Assembly: GCF_006345805.1 (NCBI RefSeq) | Contig: NC_043012.1 | Location: 34,348,001-34,412,000, forward strand | Origin: Octopus sinensis | Taxonomy: Eukaryota | Direction: 5' to 3' | Length of the DNA stretch: 64,000 nucleotides | In this document: piece by piece, positions 13,251 through 26,131 of the stretch | Layout: every line of letters starts with the position of its first letter | How positions within the stretch are numbered: position 1 is the first letter of the stretch | The notes under the pieces: generated by a model | Told to the model about the DNA's origin: nothing | Database searches by the model: none | Seen by the model: the letters and a program-made list of their open reading frames with translations, nothing else | Translations under genes and position numbers: made by a program

Positions 13251-14139
13251 AAATATACATATACATACATACACACACACACATATATATATAAATATAT
13301 ACATATACATACATACACACACACACACACACATATATATATACGTATATATATGTATATATATATATATATATACATATATATACACACATACGTACAT
13401 ACACACATATATACATACTTGTAAATATATACACGCACACATACGAATATTCACTGATGTCGGGGACAAAATACTCAGGGACGCCTGCTACATGAAAACT
13501 TGACAGCAAACTTCACGTTAACATACTTAATGCAGGAATACAAGAATTTTTATTTAATTAAAGTTCCCTGTTTAATGACAAGGACAATTACTATTTAAAT
13601 GACTGATTCTGGAGAATAATTAAGACAAGAGAGACAATTCAAATAGTTATTCTCACCACTAATGATTTATAATCAAATTTATTGGCTATCATGTTTGTTA
13701 GCACCCACCTTTGCTGCTAGGCTTCGGTGCAGGAGATGACCCTAGGTATTTTTCTCCGTATATTACTCCAGTAAATCTTCATTGCTGTAAAACCTATATC
13801 TCTCTCTTGTCATTCTTAGATTTTATGGTGATTAGATTAAGGTCCAATGACAGGATTTTTATAACATCAAAACATGTCAAGAGTTACTTCTGAACAGCTA
13901 AACATTATACTCACCCCACGGTGGAATCCATAGGTGTAATTATTCTTAATTAATTAAAATTCAGAGCCTGTCTCCCTCTGTCTTCATTGGTCAGAATTAT
14001 TCAGTTAGATAATGATCATTCTCATTGGGATTTTAGTAATTGTTAGTGTCCGCCTTATTATGGCCATCACATCCGTCCGTCCGTCCGTTATTCCATCTAT
14101 CATTCTGCTGTCTGCCTATCTGTCTGGTCGTCTGTCTGT

Positions 14140-14185
14140 CTATCTATCTATCTTCTATCTATTATCTTCTGTCTGTCTGTGTCTC

Positions 14186-14216
<31 letters not shown>

Positions 14217-14280
14217 CTATCTATCTATCTACCTTATCTATCTACCTCCTACCTGTCCAATCTATCTATCTATCTATCTA

Positions 14281-14323
<43 letters not shown>

Positions 14324-14357
14324 CCTACCTATCTATCACTACCTACCTATCTGTCCG

Positions 14358-14392
<35 letters not shown>

Positions 14393-14428
14393 CTATCTAT
14401 TCTATCTATCTATCTATCTATCTATCTA
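14140..14428. repeat. (TCTA)n microsatellite, preceded by (TCCG)n/(TCTG)n
   Basis: Direct reading. Confidence 0.97.
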
Positions 14429-14609
14429 AGTGGCCACTTTTACATGTTTAAAACTCCTTGTTGTCAAATATTTTGTTTTAATCGTTGTGCAAGTTCATTC
14501 ACTAAAAAACCTGAGAATTATTCACGTAGAATTCCGCCCCTGTATGGGCGAAATTACAAAAAAACTTTCAAAACTTTCGTGGGTTTTTTAGCCATTTTTC
14601 ATTTTGAAA

Positions 14610-16609
14610 ATGGCAACTAGAAACCACGTGGCTAGCCCGCCAGTCATGCAGAACGGTAGCAAAACACTATTGCTACCACTAGCTGCTAAACATCGCAGCG
14701 TGAACACCGCTGTCACCACCATCACCACCACCAACAACAACAACAACAATCTAACGTCGCATTCACCATCGCCGCGACCAAAGACATTAACTTAGATTTC
14801 CCCTCACTCCCCACACCACTTGTTGATGATAAAGGGACAGAGAAAGGGATTTCAAAAATGAATACAAACGAAAACATGAATGCCAGCACCACCACCATCA
14901 CCACCACAACAACAACAACGAAATTGGCACAAAGCCGCCTACCAAAGACAACACCGCCAACACCAACACCACTACTACGACGTCAAATGCTACATCCAAG
15001 CCTTCTGCTGCTAATACCGCCAACACCAACACCACTACCATGACTTCAATTAACACTGCCACAATTAACACTTCTACTGCCAAATTCAAAACGAATTTTG
15101 CGGACGTAACAAAACAAAAAAGAACAATTGTAACATTCACCACACAAGAGATAAACCGCACAAAGGCACTCTTCTCCAAAGAAGGAGACAAATTGCACCT
15201 TCATATTCCACAACACATCGTGGAAAACACACAAAAAAAACAATAATTTATAAAGTAATAACAAAAAAACAAGAAGAACAGAAATGCACCGCAGGAAAAA
15301 ATCGATAAATGCCTTCGTCCTGTATGGGACTCCAAGGAATATATCAGTTGGGGAACAATTTTGTACAGTCCAAGTACGTTTCCTCAACGAAAGTTTAGCA
15401 AACGTTTTTCCACATTGGAGCTGCATTCGGACGACTTGGTAATGATACCAGTCTATTTAAAACAAAGGGTCACGAAAGTCCAAATAAAAACATACCATTT
15501 GATGTCGAAACACAATGGTTGGTCTCTGCCATCTGCTTTGAAATGTCAGAGACAATGTCAGAGACAACATCCTGGAAATCGCGGTTCTAGGAGAGAAAGA
15601 CTATGTGGGCAAATCAATCGAATTCCTGCTTCAATTGGATGAAGCAGCAAGAGAGAAGATACCCACCGCTATAGAACTGCCAGGAGGCTACAAACTCTAT
15701 ATAGTGGTAGAGGGCAGGCGACCACGCTGCTATTTGTGTGGAAGCGAAACACACTTGAAAAAGACGTGCCCAACCACGCACACAACAACAACCACAACAA
15801 CACAACCAAACCAAAACCAAGCAAAAAACTCGGAAAAAGCTCTACTACCCACACCACCATCAACACAGACGACAAGAGAAGCACACCAAGCTAATCCGTC
15901 ATCAACCAAAAACCACTCGACACCTGAAAAATACCAACACCACACACCAACCACAACAGCAAAACCCAAAGGAACAGAAAAACAAAGAAAACACACACAA
16001 ACTGATCCCCCATCCCTTATACCGCACTCAACACACACAAACACTCAACAACCAACAACAACGAAAACAACACAACCACTTACACAGACATACATAGAAG
16101 CCCACAACATACCCCTACCCCCTTCTGATTCCTCAGAAATTTCGTCGGAAGACGAAACCAGTGAGGAATGGCAAATAGCTACAAAAAGAAGGAAAATAAA
16201 GAGCAGAAACACAACCAAACCAAATGCAAACACGAACAAAGCAGGGGGAAATACATCTCCCGAAGACATTTCAAAACCCAACGCAAACAACAGCCACACC
16301 AACACCACAAAAACATATACAGCAAACATGCTCACAGCCATAGACACCAAAAACACAAATTTGATGGAATACATCCAATCAAAAACAAACATAACAGAAG
16401 ATGACATAAAAACAAACAATCACCCATACACAACACCACCAGACCACATCAAAATATTACACATCTCCAAAAGTCTGCACCACACACTCAAAGGCATTTT
16501 CCCCAGTGCGGTTGGTAAATGCCAAAATATCTCACAAAGAAACTGTACTGGGATCTTCTCGAGGACAAACCAACGGAGGAGAAAGCAAAAACTTTCGAGC
16601 AGTAAGTAA
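14610..16609 (+). pseudogene. LINE ORF1 (gag-like), disrupted in its 5' half
   Basis: ATG at 14610; several short ORF fragments, then open 15605-16609 with CYLCGSETHLKKTC (CX2CX4HX4C) and a T/P/N/K-rich tail. Confidence 0.85.
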
Positions 16610-16636
16610 CCCTCTGTATTCTAATTCATTAGAACT

Positions 16637-19600
16637 ATGATCAAGATTGGTTGTGTAAATGCGCGTGGCTTGGGGTCCCTTGGAAACAAGGGTACCTCTT
16701 AAATGACATAAAGTCACATAAGTTAGAAATCATAGCCATAAGCGAGACCAGACTCCACAATCCGCGGGCCCTAAAGACCATGTTTGGCGGACAGTTCAAC
16801 ATTTATTTTTCCCCCTGTCTGCCGAGAATGGGCGGTAGTGGCACCGCGGTACTTTTTCACAAGTCTGGATCTCAATGTAAGGACAATATTCGTAGACCCG
16901 GAGGGTAGACTGTGGTCGTCCTGGATGTCGACGGCAGCAATGGGTGCGCTTTTCGACTCGTATCAGTTTACGCACCGCCCTTAACAGGTCGGGCGGATTT
17001 CTTTCAACGTCTAGAAGTTTTCTTGGGAACGTCTCGTCCTTTACTCTTAGTGGGGGATTGGAATGCTACCTTGGACACGCATGTAGACTACGTGGGTAGA
17101 GATAGGAATAGACGGGGATGCAAATGCCTCAGAGACCTGCTCAGACGCTTTCAACTGTCTGACAGGTTCCGACTAGACCACCCGAATGCGCCAACGTGGA
17201 CATGGAGCAACCGCATCGGGTCGTCGAGATCGTATCTAGATAGGATACTGTGTAGGACAGTAGATAGAGATAGCATAGGATGTCCACAATTCCACATAGT
17301 CAGCTACACGGATCACAAACTTGTGACATGTACGCTAGACTTAGGTAAGACACTTAGGCAGGGTCCCGGATACTGGAAACTAAACGCGTCTTTCCCATCG
17401 AGACAAGTTTTCAGAGACCGGATTAGCACACTAGTAAAGAGGGCTTTGACGGGAGCCATCATCAACAACAAATGGTGGTTTGCCCTCAAGAGAGCAGTAA
17501 AAGCAGAAGCGATTAGGTACAGCAAAGCACTAGCCATAGATAGAAATAGAGTAGAGGGTGAGCTAGTTAAGAAGCTAGAAGAGGCAATTAGAAGCGGCAT
17601 CGCATCCGACGTTTTGGCGGCGAGGTTGGCCCTCGACCAACACTTCAACGCCAAACACGAAGGATGTGCTGTCAGAGCTAGGATGCGTGCTCTAAGGAAC
17701 GAAGGTGTTGGAGCCGCGAGAGAGGCCCGGGTGGCAGAGGCGCAACAGGGCAACAAAGCCACCATTCGGTCACTGGTAGATGAACAGGGGCGCGAATTGC
17801 TCGAGCCAAGTAAATGTGTGAGGCCTTTCAGCAGCATTTTGCCCGACTGTTCGGAACGAGTGGAGGGCAAGAACGTAGGGTGGACTTCAGTGCCTACCTA
17901 CATAGCCTACCACGACTCTCGACAAGAAAGGCAGGGTGCTGCGAAGGTGCCATCACGGCGGCGGAAGTGCGGGAAGCGATGGCAGAATGCTCGAGGGACA
18001 AATCACCGGGTTTGGATGGTCTACCCTACGAGCTTTACAATTGTATGCCAGACTTGTTTGGAGATCTCTTGGCGGCGGTGTACTGCAACTGGCAGCAAAA
18101 CGGGAGCATTCCTGGTTTTTGTGAGCCGAGGAGCCGTAACACTGCTGAAGAAAGATCTAAACAAGGGAAATGTAATAGATAACTTTAGGCCCATCACTCT
18201 GCTTAATGCAGACTTGAAAATTTTGGCCAAGGTGCTAGCCAAGAGGTTGGCGCTTGTCATCGAGAAACTGGTCGACAAGGCGCAAACATGCGCCGTGCCA
18301 GGCCGGACCATCCATGACAACCTCCATCTGATGCGCTACATCATAGACAGGGTAGTTAACGAACCTGGCATGGGTGGGGCCCTGATCAACTTGGATCAAT
18401 CGAAAGCCTTTGATAGGGTAGACCATCGATACTTGGAGGCAGTCCTGAGAGCGGCTGGTTTCGGTCCCGTCTTCCGCGGCTGGATAGCTGCCTTGTACAG
18501 AGGCATCCGTTCGGTAATTCGCGTAAATGGACATCTATCGAGACCTTTCGACATTGCACGTTCGGTCCGTCAGGGATGCCCCCTCTCGGCGCTTCTATAC
18601 GTATTGACTCTTGAGCCACTACTACTGCGGAAGCTGGCGACTCTAAGGGGCATCCCGCGAGAATTGGGATGCGGGACGAGCGTGTCTGCATACGCGGACG
18701 ACGTCACCGTCATAGTGTCTAGCCACGAGCACATCGAGCTGGTCGGCGAGACACTGAAAAACTACGAAGCGGTGACAGGAGCGAAAATCAACCGGGAAAA
18801 GTCAGTGGGCTTGCGACTAGGCACCTGGAGAAGCAAGCCCATGCCGTCCACCAGCGCCTCCGTCGTGGGACGCTGGACCGACGGCCCGGTTGAGTTGCTC
18901 GGGGTCTGGAACGAGATAACGAGTAGGGTGGTCACTCTCGCCCGGCAATGGGCCGAGAGGAAACTGTCCCTAAAAGGTCGAGCGGAGGTGGCGAACACGT
19001 ACATCGCGTCCGTCATCTACTACCGCCTGACCGTCGTACCTTGTCCCGACCCTACCATCACCAAACTACAACGCATCCTCTTTCGCTTCGCTTGTGGAAA
19101 GGATGCGTCCCGATGGTCAGGCGATCCATTTGCTGTCAACACCCGTTAAAAGGAGGGCTGGGCATGCCGTGGTTGATGATGCGCAGACACGCGCTGAGAC
19201 TGCGACATCTCTGGCTCTATGTAGACGACGGTGAACAGGTGTGGTCGCCGTTTGTGAGGCACGCTTTCCCGCAGCTCGTCTCCATGACCGAACTGCAGTC
19301 GTGGATCAAAAAGAGGCCGAGGAAGGGCGAATGGCACCGCGAGTGTCGCGTTGCTCTCAAGCAACTCTGCCGTCCTGGGTCGACCTTAAGTGACTTCAAC
19401 ACAACCAAAGCATTCTATAGGGGTTTAGTGGAGGGGAGGTACGACGACGAGCTCGGGGCGAACCTGGACGTCGACGAGGAGTACCTGACCCGCCTGTTCG
19501 GGACGACTTTCGGGCCAGGGCCCATGGACAACTTCCAGAGATCCCTGGCCTGGCAGTGCTACCGAGAAGCGCTACCCGTTCGGGATAAGCTCTACAGACA

Positions 19601-20043
19601 CGGCTCGAGAAACACGGGGCCGACCTGCCCGAGATGCGGTCAGAGCGACGAAACCGTTCTGCACGCACTCGTTCAGTGTCCAACAATTTCCGACCTGTGG
19701 GCTTATGTCGAACAACTGCTGTCACGTGTGGGACGAGTCGGTTTATCAGCTGAGTCTATCGTCATATTGTCACGCCTCCTTCCTTCAAACGGGAAGGAAG
19801 AGCTATTTTCATCATCCTTGTGGCTATGGCGAAAGAATGTATCTGGTGGACGCGTCTGAAAGGATTGGAGACAAACACTTTCCTCTCTGGTCAATCTCTC
19901 ATCAACTTCTTCAAGTACCACTTGAAAAGGAAAGTGAGAGTAGAGAGGCAAGTTTTGTCTAGCGTATGTTTAAAAAAAGATGGGTGAATGTAGCAAGAAT
20001 GGCACGTATGAATGACGAAGCCACCTTGAGCATAGTCCTATGA
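16637..20043 (+). pseudogene. LINE ORF2 (APE endonuclease + reverse transcriptase + zinc finger), with several frameshifts
   Basis: MIKIGCVNARGL start; ISETRL, VGDWNAT, SYLDRIL, TDHKLV (endonuclease); NFRPITLLNADLKILAK, LDQSKAFDRV, VRQGCPLS, AYADDV (RT); CPRCGQSDETVLHALVQC. Confidence 0.93.
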
Positions 20044-20514
20044 ACCCAGAAATCGAAAACAGAGAGTTGCTTATTTGCAAAAAAAAAAAAAAAAAAAAAA
20101 AAAGAAATATAAAATGTGACTTCATGACCGAGGTTACCGTGGTCTTTTCCGTAGGCTTTTCTTCCCACGGGTAAACCTCACCTGTCCTCTCCTTTACACT
20201 TCATATTGACATTTCTGTGATAACGATCCCTATTGATCAATTTTTTTTTTCCTCTCCCCCCCCCTTTTTTTTTTTTTTTACCCCCCCCTTTTTTTTTTGT
20301 CCTCTTTCTCTCCTTTTACGATCCCTTTGATCGAAACTCCCCCTTCCTTTTTTTTTTTTTTTTTTTTTAAACCTTCAAAAGAAAAGCTCTACCTTGTAAT
20401 TTGTTCTATCTGTGTGCAGCCCTGTGTGGCTAATAAAGAAACATATCTATTTATCTATCTAGTCAGTAACAGTCCTATCAAAAAGCAGTCATGGTTCTAA
20501 CTGATATTCTTGAC

Positions 20515-20862
20515 CAATTGTTCTCAACCGGTTTCCATATACCTTATGACCCCCGAAAGTCCATATAAGATTTGTGAAGTGTTGTATGCAAGCAAAATAG
20601 TAAATTGGGGACCCACAGAAGTATATTAAGGGTCCATGAAAACAATTTTGCATCAGATGTATTTATTGCAAGACACTGCTGGATTTCATTCTTTAATGTC
20701 TTCCATAGTTCAAACTACAGTAGTTCATGAGTGATGAAGAAAAAAGGCATTTTGAAAGAGGTATCCATAAAACTAGTTATTAAGCTTCGAATAGCTCTGG
20801 GGTCCACCAGAATAAAATAGCAATAAAAATTTTCCATAGCAAAAAGTGGTTGCAAATCACTG
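20515..20862. mobile_element. hAT-type MITE
   Basis: Termini caattgttctcaacc / ggttgcaaatcactg; 8-bp TSD ttcttgac / ttctagac (NTCTAGAN). Confidence 0.7.
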
Positions 20863-21110
20863 TTCTAGACATTCTGTCTCTGAATATCAGGTGGGATTGG
20901 CACAATTGAGGTGGCTTTGGTCATATTCTTGATCAGAGTTGATCTAAGACTAAACAACGCTACACTGTTATGTAATGAGCCAAAATATTGTATTTAAAAT
21001 TCCGACAGTTGTGAAGAGAGAATTAATTACATTAACGATAAATTCTGGTCAAGGATGGCAGACGAGAAAATTATGATATTTAAATAAGTTAAAAATTAAT
21101 TGAACAAGAA

Positions 21111-21147
<37 letters not shown>

Positions 21148-21185
21148 TATACATACATACACACAGGCATGTCTGTCTATCTATC

Positions 21186-21221
<36 letters not shown>

Positions 21222-21313
21222 CATACATAAATAAATATATACATACATGCACACACACACACACAACATACACTCACATACACAACATACACTCACACCC
21301 ACCCACATACACG

Positions 21314-21346
<33 letters not shown>

Positions 21347-21355
21347 GCACGCACA

Positions 21356-21394
<39 letters not shown>

Positions 21395-21732
21395 ACTCAC
21401 TCACTCACTCACTCACACACACTTCGGCAAGTGCAAAATATAATTAATGTAAGCAGTAGCAAAAGGGGGCGAGTATTTAAATTAATAAAGTTAAGGAGTT
21501 ATAATGATGTGATTAATGAGGGTACGCAGTAGTGGAGGATTGAAGGAGTTAAATTAATTTAGTTAATAAGAGTATGCTGTAGCAGGGGTGGGTGAGTTAA
21601 ATTGATATAATTAATATATTTAATGTCGGGACATCTAAAAACTGAATGGAAATAAACAGTGAGAAAGAAATTAATATTCTTTAACGAGAATGGATTAGAG
21701 AGCTTCCACAAGTAGGGGAGTTAACTTAGTAT

Positions 21733-22636
21733 AGGCGTATTCCAGAAGGTTTGAGATTTTTCCAGGAGTGACATTTATTTCAAAGAAGCACAAAATCTAG
21801 TCTCCTTCAATGCACTAGTAGAAATCTTCCAAAGTGAAGGTGTTCAGATCCCTTGTCCTTCAGGTCCCTTGTCCTTCAGGTCCCTTGTCCTTCATGCCCC
21901 TTGTCCCCATCTTCTCCTTCAGTTTGGGAAACAACCAAAAGTTACAGGGAGCAAGGTCTGGGCTGTAATGATGGCGATGGAAAGCTTTGATGTCCATCTC
22001 TGCCAAGTAGTTGGTTACCAGGATGCGATCGTGGACTGGCGGCGCATCGTTCTGGTGCCGGTGTTCTGTTCTTTTGCTATGGCTTTTCTTGAACCCCACT
22101 TGAACCCTCACAAAGTAGTCTGGTAAATGGGAACCCTGTGGATGTAGACGATACCTTTGCTTCCGAAAAAAGGGGTCATCATGAACTTTCCGATGGACTT
22201 GCTTTGCCCGATCTATTGTGGCAGCAAAAAAGAAAAAAAAAACCCCCAAAAAACCAGATGCTTAGCTCTTACGAGTTAATCCATAAGTAGTTAATCCATA
22301 ATCAATTAATCCATAAGCAGTCCGTAGCATTTCATACGTTTCTGTAGTGGTTTTTTTTTGCCCAGTTTAACAAAAAACTTTATTGCTCAACGATCTTCCA
22401 AATTGCCTTCACGGCCTGACTGCATTCTGCTCACTAGTCAGCTGTGACAAGGAGGGTGTGCTCAAAGTAATGTTACAACCGCAGCCTTCAATCTGGAATA
22501 ACAAAAGCTGACTGCGGGTCAGCTAATAAAGTATATAATAATGATACACTAAAATCACAATAATCTATAACAGCTAAAAAAAAGAATAAACTGCCTCACT
22601 TAAAAAAAGTCTCAAAACTTCTGGAATGCACCTCAG
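21733..22636 (-). mobile_element. Internally deleted mariner
   Basis: TIRs (g)gcgtattccagaaggtttgaga / tctcaaaacttctggaatgcacc; minus-strand HHYSPDLAPCNFWLFPKLK. Confidence 0.82.
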
Positions 22637-22665
22637 ACATGTGTGTGCGTGTGTGTGTGTGTGTG

Positions 22666-22696
<31 letters not shown>

Positions 22697-22933
22697 CGGT
22701 GCGCGTGTAGATACAGATGCATAAGTGTGTAGGTACAAAAACCTCACAAGTACACGCTTACGTTGTCCAAATATAGAAAGTATCAACAGATAATAAAAGT
22801 TACTGTGGAAGATGAAAGAGATAAGAAGTGGATCTGATGCTGATAAACAAGGCTTAACGAAAATCCTGGATAATATCTCATTTAGTTGCATCCTACTTCC
22901 TGCTACCCAGCAAGGCTACCGCCTTCAAAGACA

Positions 22934-23953
22934 CGAGGGTGGGCTGAAAAATGCATAGGCTGACTAGGAAGGAGTAATGCTTGAGCTGCAAAACCTCGCA
23001 TGCATTAATTTCAGCCCTTCTTAATTAACTGCGTTGTTTCTTTCCTAGTAAATTAATATCTGACTGTTTAAAAGAAGGCTTCGAATGTAACTAGCTTCGA
23101 CTTCCCTTGAAAATGGATAAGATTTGGGATCTCAGTGTTATCAAGTGCGTGCAGAAAAAGGGTTTAGCCCCCAACGACACTCATACTGACATAGAGGATA
23201 ACACTTCAACTTTATCGACAGTGTAAAAGTGGACAGCTGAATTCTGGAAGGGAAGGGTGAGTCTTGAAGAGGATCCAAGGTCTGGACGCCCTTCAAACTT
23301 CTTCCACCGACTCAAACATTGATTGTATTCACTACATGGTAACGGACGATAAGTGATTAACTATATATCAAAAAGCAAGGCGGCGAGCTGGCAGACACGT
23401 TAGCGCGCCGGGCGAAATGCATAGCGGTATTTCGTCTGTCGTTACGTTCTGAGTTCAAATTCCGCCGAGGTCGACTTTGCCTTTCATCCTTTCGGGGTCG
23501 ATTAAATAAGTACTAGTTACGCACTGGGGTCGATATAATCGACTTAATCCGTTTGTCTGTCCATGTTTGTCCTCTCTGTGTTTAGCCCCTTGTGGGTAGT
23601 AAAGAAATATATATATCAAAAAGCCAATGTTATTAGCATATCCCGTGAGATAGTTTAGAATACTCTGCACAATGAACTTGGCATGACGAAGGTTTCTGCT
23701 CGGTGGGTGCCACGTCTTCTGACACCTCATCAAAAGCGCTGCAGCAAAATCTGACATTGTTTGAGGCAGATCCAGCTGGTTTCTCTGAACGTTTTCTGGA
23801 CCTGAGCCAGAGACAAATGGATAAAATCCATGCTGTGGAAATACTTCTCACCTGCTCCAAAGAGAGCCAAGGTCGTTTCATCTGCAGGGAGGTTGATGAT
23901 CTTAGTTCTTTTGGGATGCAAAAGGATTATCTTCCAACACATTACATTTCATA
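22934..23953 (+). mobile_element. Mariner remnant carrying a SINE A insertion (23379-23610)
   Basis: Left TIR cgagggtgggctgaaaa; MDKI... start; KVSARWVPRLL motif; SINE TSD tatatatcaaaaagc. Confidence 0.8.
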
Positions 23954-23954
23954 G

Positions 23955-24740
23955 GCGAAATGTGGACTAATATATCTTTCAAGGAAAACATGCAAGGCGA
24001 AAGTCTTCGTCGTTAAAAATGCAACCGATCTGTTTGGTACCGATTGGTTAGAATTATTCAATTTATGGGATCTTCCCATAAATTTCTATTGTAAAAACGT
24101 GAAAGGTTATCACTCGGAAAATAATTCGTCTGAAACGTTAAAGAGAAAATTGTAAAAATGTTTCCGCAAGTGATCGATCAGGCTATCAGATGTTACTACA
24201 CATCGCTGGTCACAATGCGCTTCGCATTGTTTTAGCCTTCAAATGACGCCATCCCGCTGGCCAAGCGAGCAGGTCAACAGAAGAACGAGCGAGAGAAAGA
24301 GTACAGCAGGGATCGCCACCACCCTCTACCGGAGCCTCGTGGAGCTTTAGGTGTTTTCGCTCAATAAACACTCACAACGCCCGGTCTGGGAATCGAAACC
24401 GCGATCCTACAACCGTGAGTCTGCTGCCCTAAACACTGGGCCATTGCGCCTCCACGTTTCCGCAAGTATTCTCGGACAAACTAAGTCTAGGCACAAAGAC
24501 CGAGAGCCCATGGTCCAGGTTAGATATCGACTACGCTGGACCAGTGAACGACGCTTTACAACCTAATCGTTGTGGATTGCTTTACAAAGTGGCTAGAAGT
24601 ATGCAAATGTAATAAACCCACAGTCGTAAGTTTACGCCTTTCGCAGAGATATAATGGTTAGCAGAAGGGATTGAAAACGCTGTGCTAGCCATGATCTTTT
24701 CAAATGAACTGCACAGACTTCAACTGACAACAACGACAGA
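23955..24740 (+). mobile_element. Gypsy-like pol fragment interrupted by SINE family C
   Basis: KVFVVKNATDLFGTDWLELFNLWDLPIN resembles the protease-RT linker of Gypsy pol; SINE TSD gtttccgcaagt at 24160-24171 and 24456-24467. Confidence 0.6.
24172..24455 (-). mobile_element. SINE family C (tRNA-derived head)
   Basis: Head ggaggcgcaatggcccagtgtttagggcagc...gattcccagaccgggcgttgtgagtg; 12-bp TSD. Confidence 0.88.
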
Positions 24741-24774
24741 GACAGGGCTGTGGTTTGATATAAAATATCATAAG

Positions 24775-25192
24775 GCGGCAAGTTGGCAGAAACGTTAGCA
24801 CGACGGGCGAAATGCTTAGCAGTATTTCGTCTGCCGTTACATTCTGAGTTCAAATTCCGCCGAGGTCGACTTTGCCTTTCATCCTTTCGGGGTCGATTAA
24901 ATAAGTACCAGTTACACACTGGGGTCGATGTAATCGACTTAATACCTATGTCTGTCCTTGTTTGTCCTCTCTGTGTTTAGCCCCTTGTAGGTAGTAAAGA
25001 AATAGGTATTTCGTCTGCCGTTACGTTCTGAGTTCAAATTCCGCCGAGGTCGACTTTGCCTTTCATCCTTTCGGGGTCGATTAAATAAGTACCAGTTACA
25101 CACTGGGGTCGATGTAATCGACTTAATCCGTTTGTCTCTCCTTGTTTGTCCCCTCTGTGTTTAGCCCCTTGTGGGTAATAAAGAAATAGGTA
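24775..25192 (+). mobile_element. SINE family A dimer (184-bp unit)
   Basis: Units restart at gtatttcgtctgcc (24822 and 25006); flanking duplication tgatataaaata. Confidence 0.88.
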
Positions 25193-25631
25193 TGATATAA
25201 AATAATCTTTTGAGTTAATACAATAAAAATACCAGCTATATACTAGTGTCGGTTATATCACATTTTTTATATAAATTCACACCGTGTCTTCTTACCAAAG
25301 GCAATACCATTCTAGAAGTACAAATTCTGTCGTAATATTTTTGAAAGAAGAAAGCCGGCGAGCTGGCAGAATCGTTAGCACGTCGTGCGAAATGCTTAGC
25401 AGTATTTCGTCCGTCTTTACATTCTGAGTTCAAATTTCGCCGAGGTTGACTTTGTCTTTCATTCTTTTGGGATCGATAAAATAAGTGCCAGTTGAGCACT
25501 GGAGTTGATGTAATCGACTCGCCTCTTTTGAAAGGAGAAAAGAAGAAAAAAGAAAGGTAATGGAGAAATTTCCCACTAAAGACTTTTATTCATTTTTCAT
25601 CTCATCGTATGTTTATAAGAAATTTTGATTT

Positions 25632-25788
25632 GGCGTAGGAGTGGCTGTGTGGTAAGTAGTTTGCTTACGAACCACATGGTTCCGGGTTCAGTCCCACTGC
25701 GTGGCACCTTGGGCAAGTGTCTTCTACTATAGCCTGGGCCGACCAAAGCCTTGTGAGTGGAAACGGAAACTGAAAGAAGCCCGTCGTA

Positions 25789-25834
<46 letters not shown>

Positions 25835-26053
25835 AGTGTATATGTTTGTGTGTCTGTGTTTGTCCCCCCAACATCGCTTGACAACCGATGCTGGTGTGTT
25901 TACGTCCCCGTAACCTAGCGGTTCGACAAAAGAGAATGATAGAATAAGTAATAGGTTTATAATAAGTCCTGGGTCGATCTGCTCGACTAAAGGCGGTGCT
26001 CCAGCATGGCCACAGTCAAATGGCTGAAACAAATAAAAGAGTAAAGAGTAAAA
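25632..26053 (+). mobile_element. SINE family B
   Basis: Same head, internal microsatellite and tail as 8520-8882. Confidence 0.85.
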
Positions 26054-26131
26054 AGTCATTTAATTAACCAAAACACTAATTACTTTAATGTTTTGGCTTA
26101 CAGAGAGACTCAATATATTTACTAAGATGCA

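Larger units (their letters stand above)
14429..20443 (+). mobile_element. Full-length Tx1/L1-clade non-LTR retrotransposon (5'UTR, ORF1, ORF2, T-rich 3'UTR), inactivated by frameshifts
   Basis: ORF1 has a CCHC knuckle; ORF2 has APE endonuclease, RT and C-terminal zinc-finger motifs. AATAAA at 20432. Flanked by (TCTA)n on both sides. Confidence 0.93.

Noticed and set aside
21848-21905. 16-bp tandem repeat (gtcccttgtccttca) x3-4
   Set aside because: Slippage inside a dead mariner.
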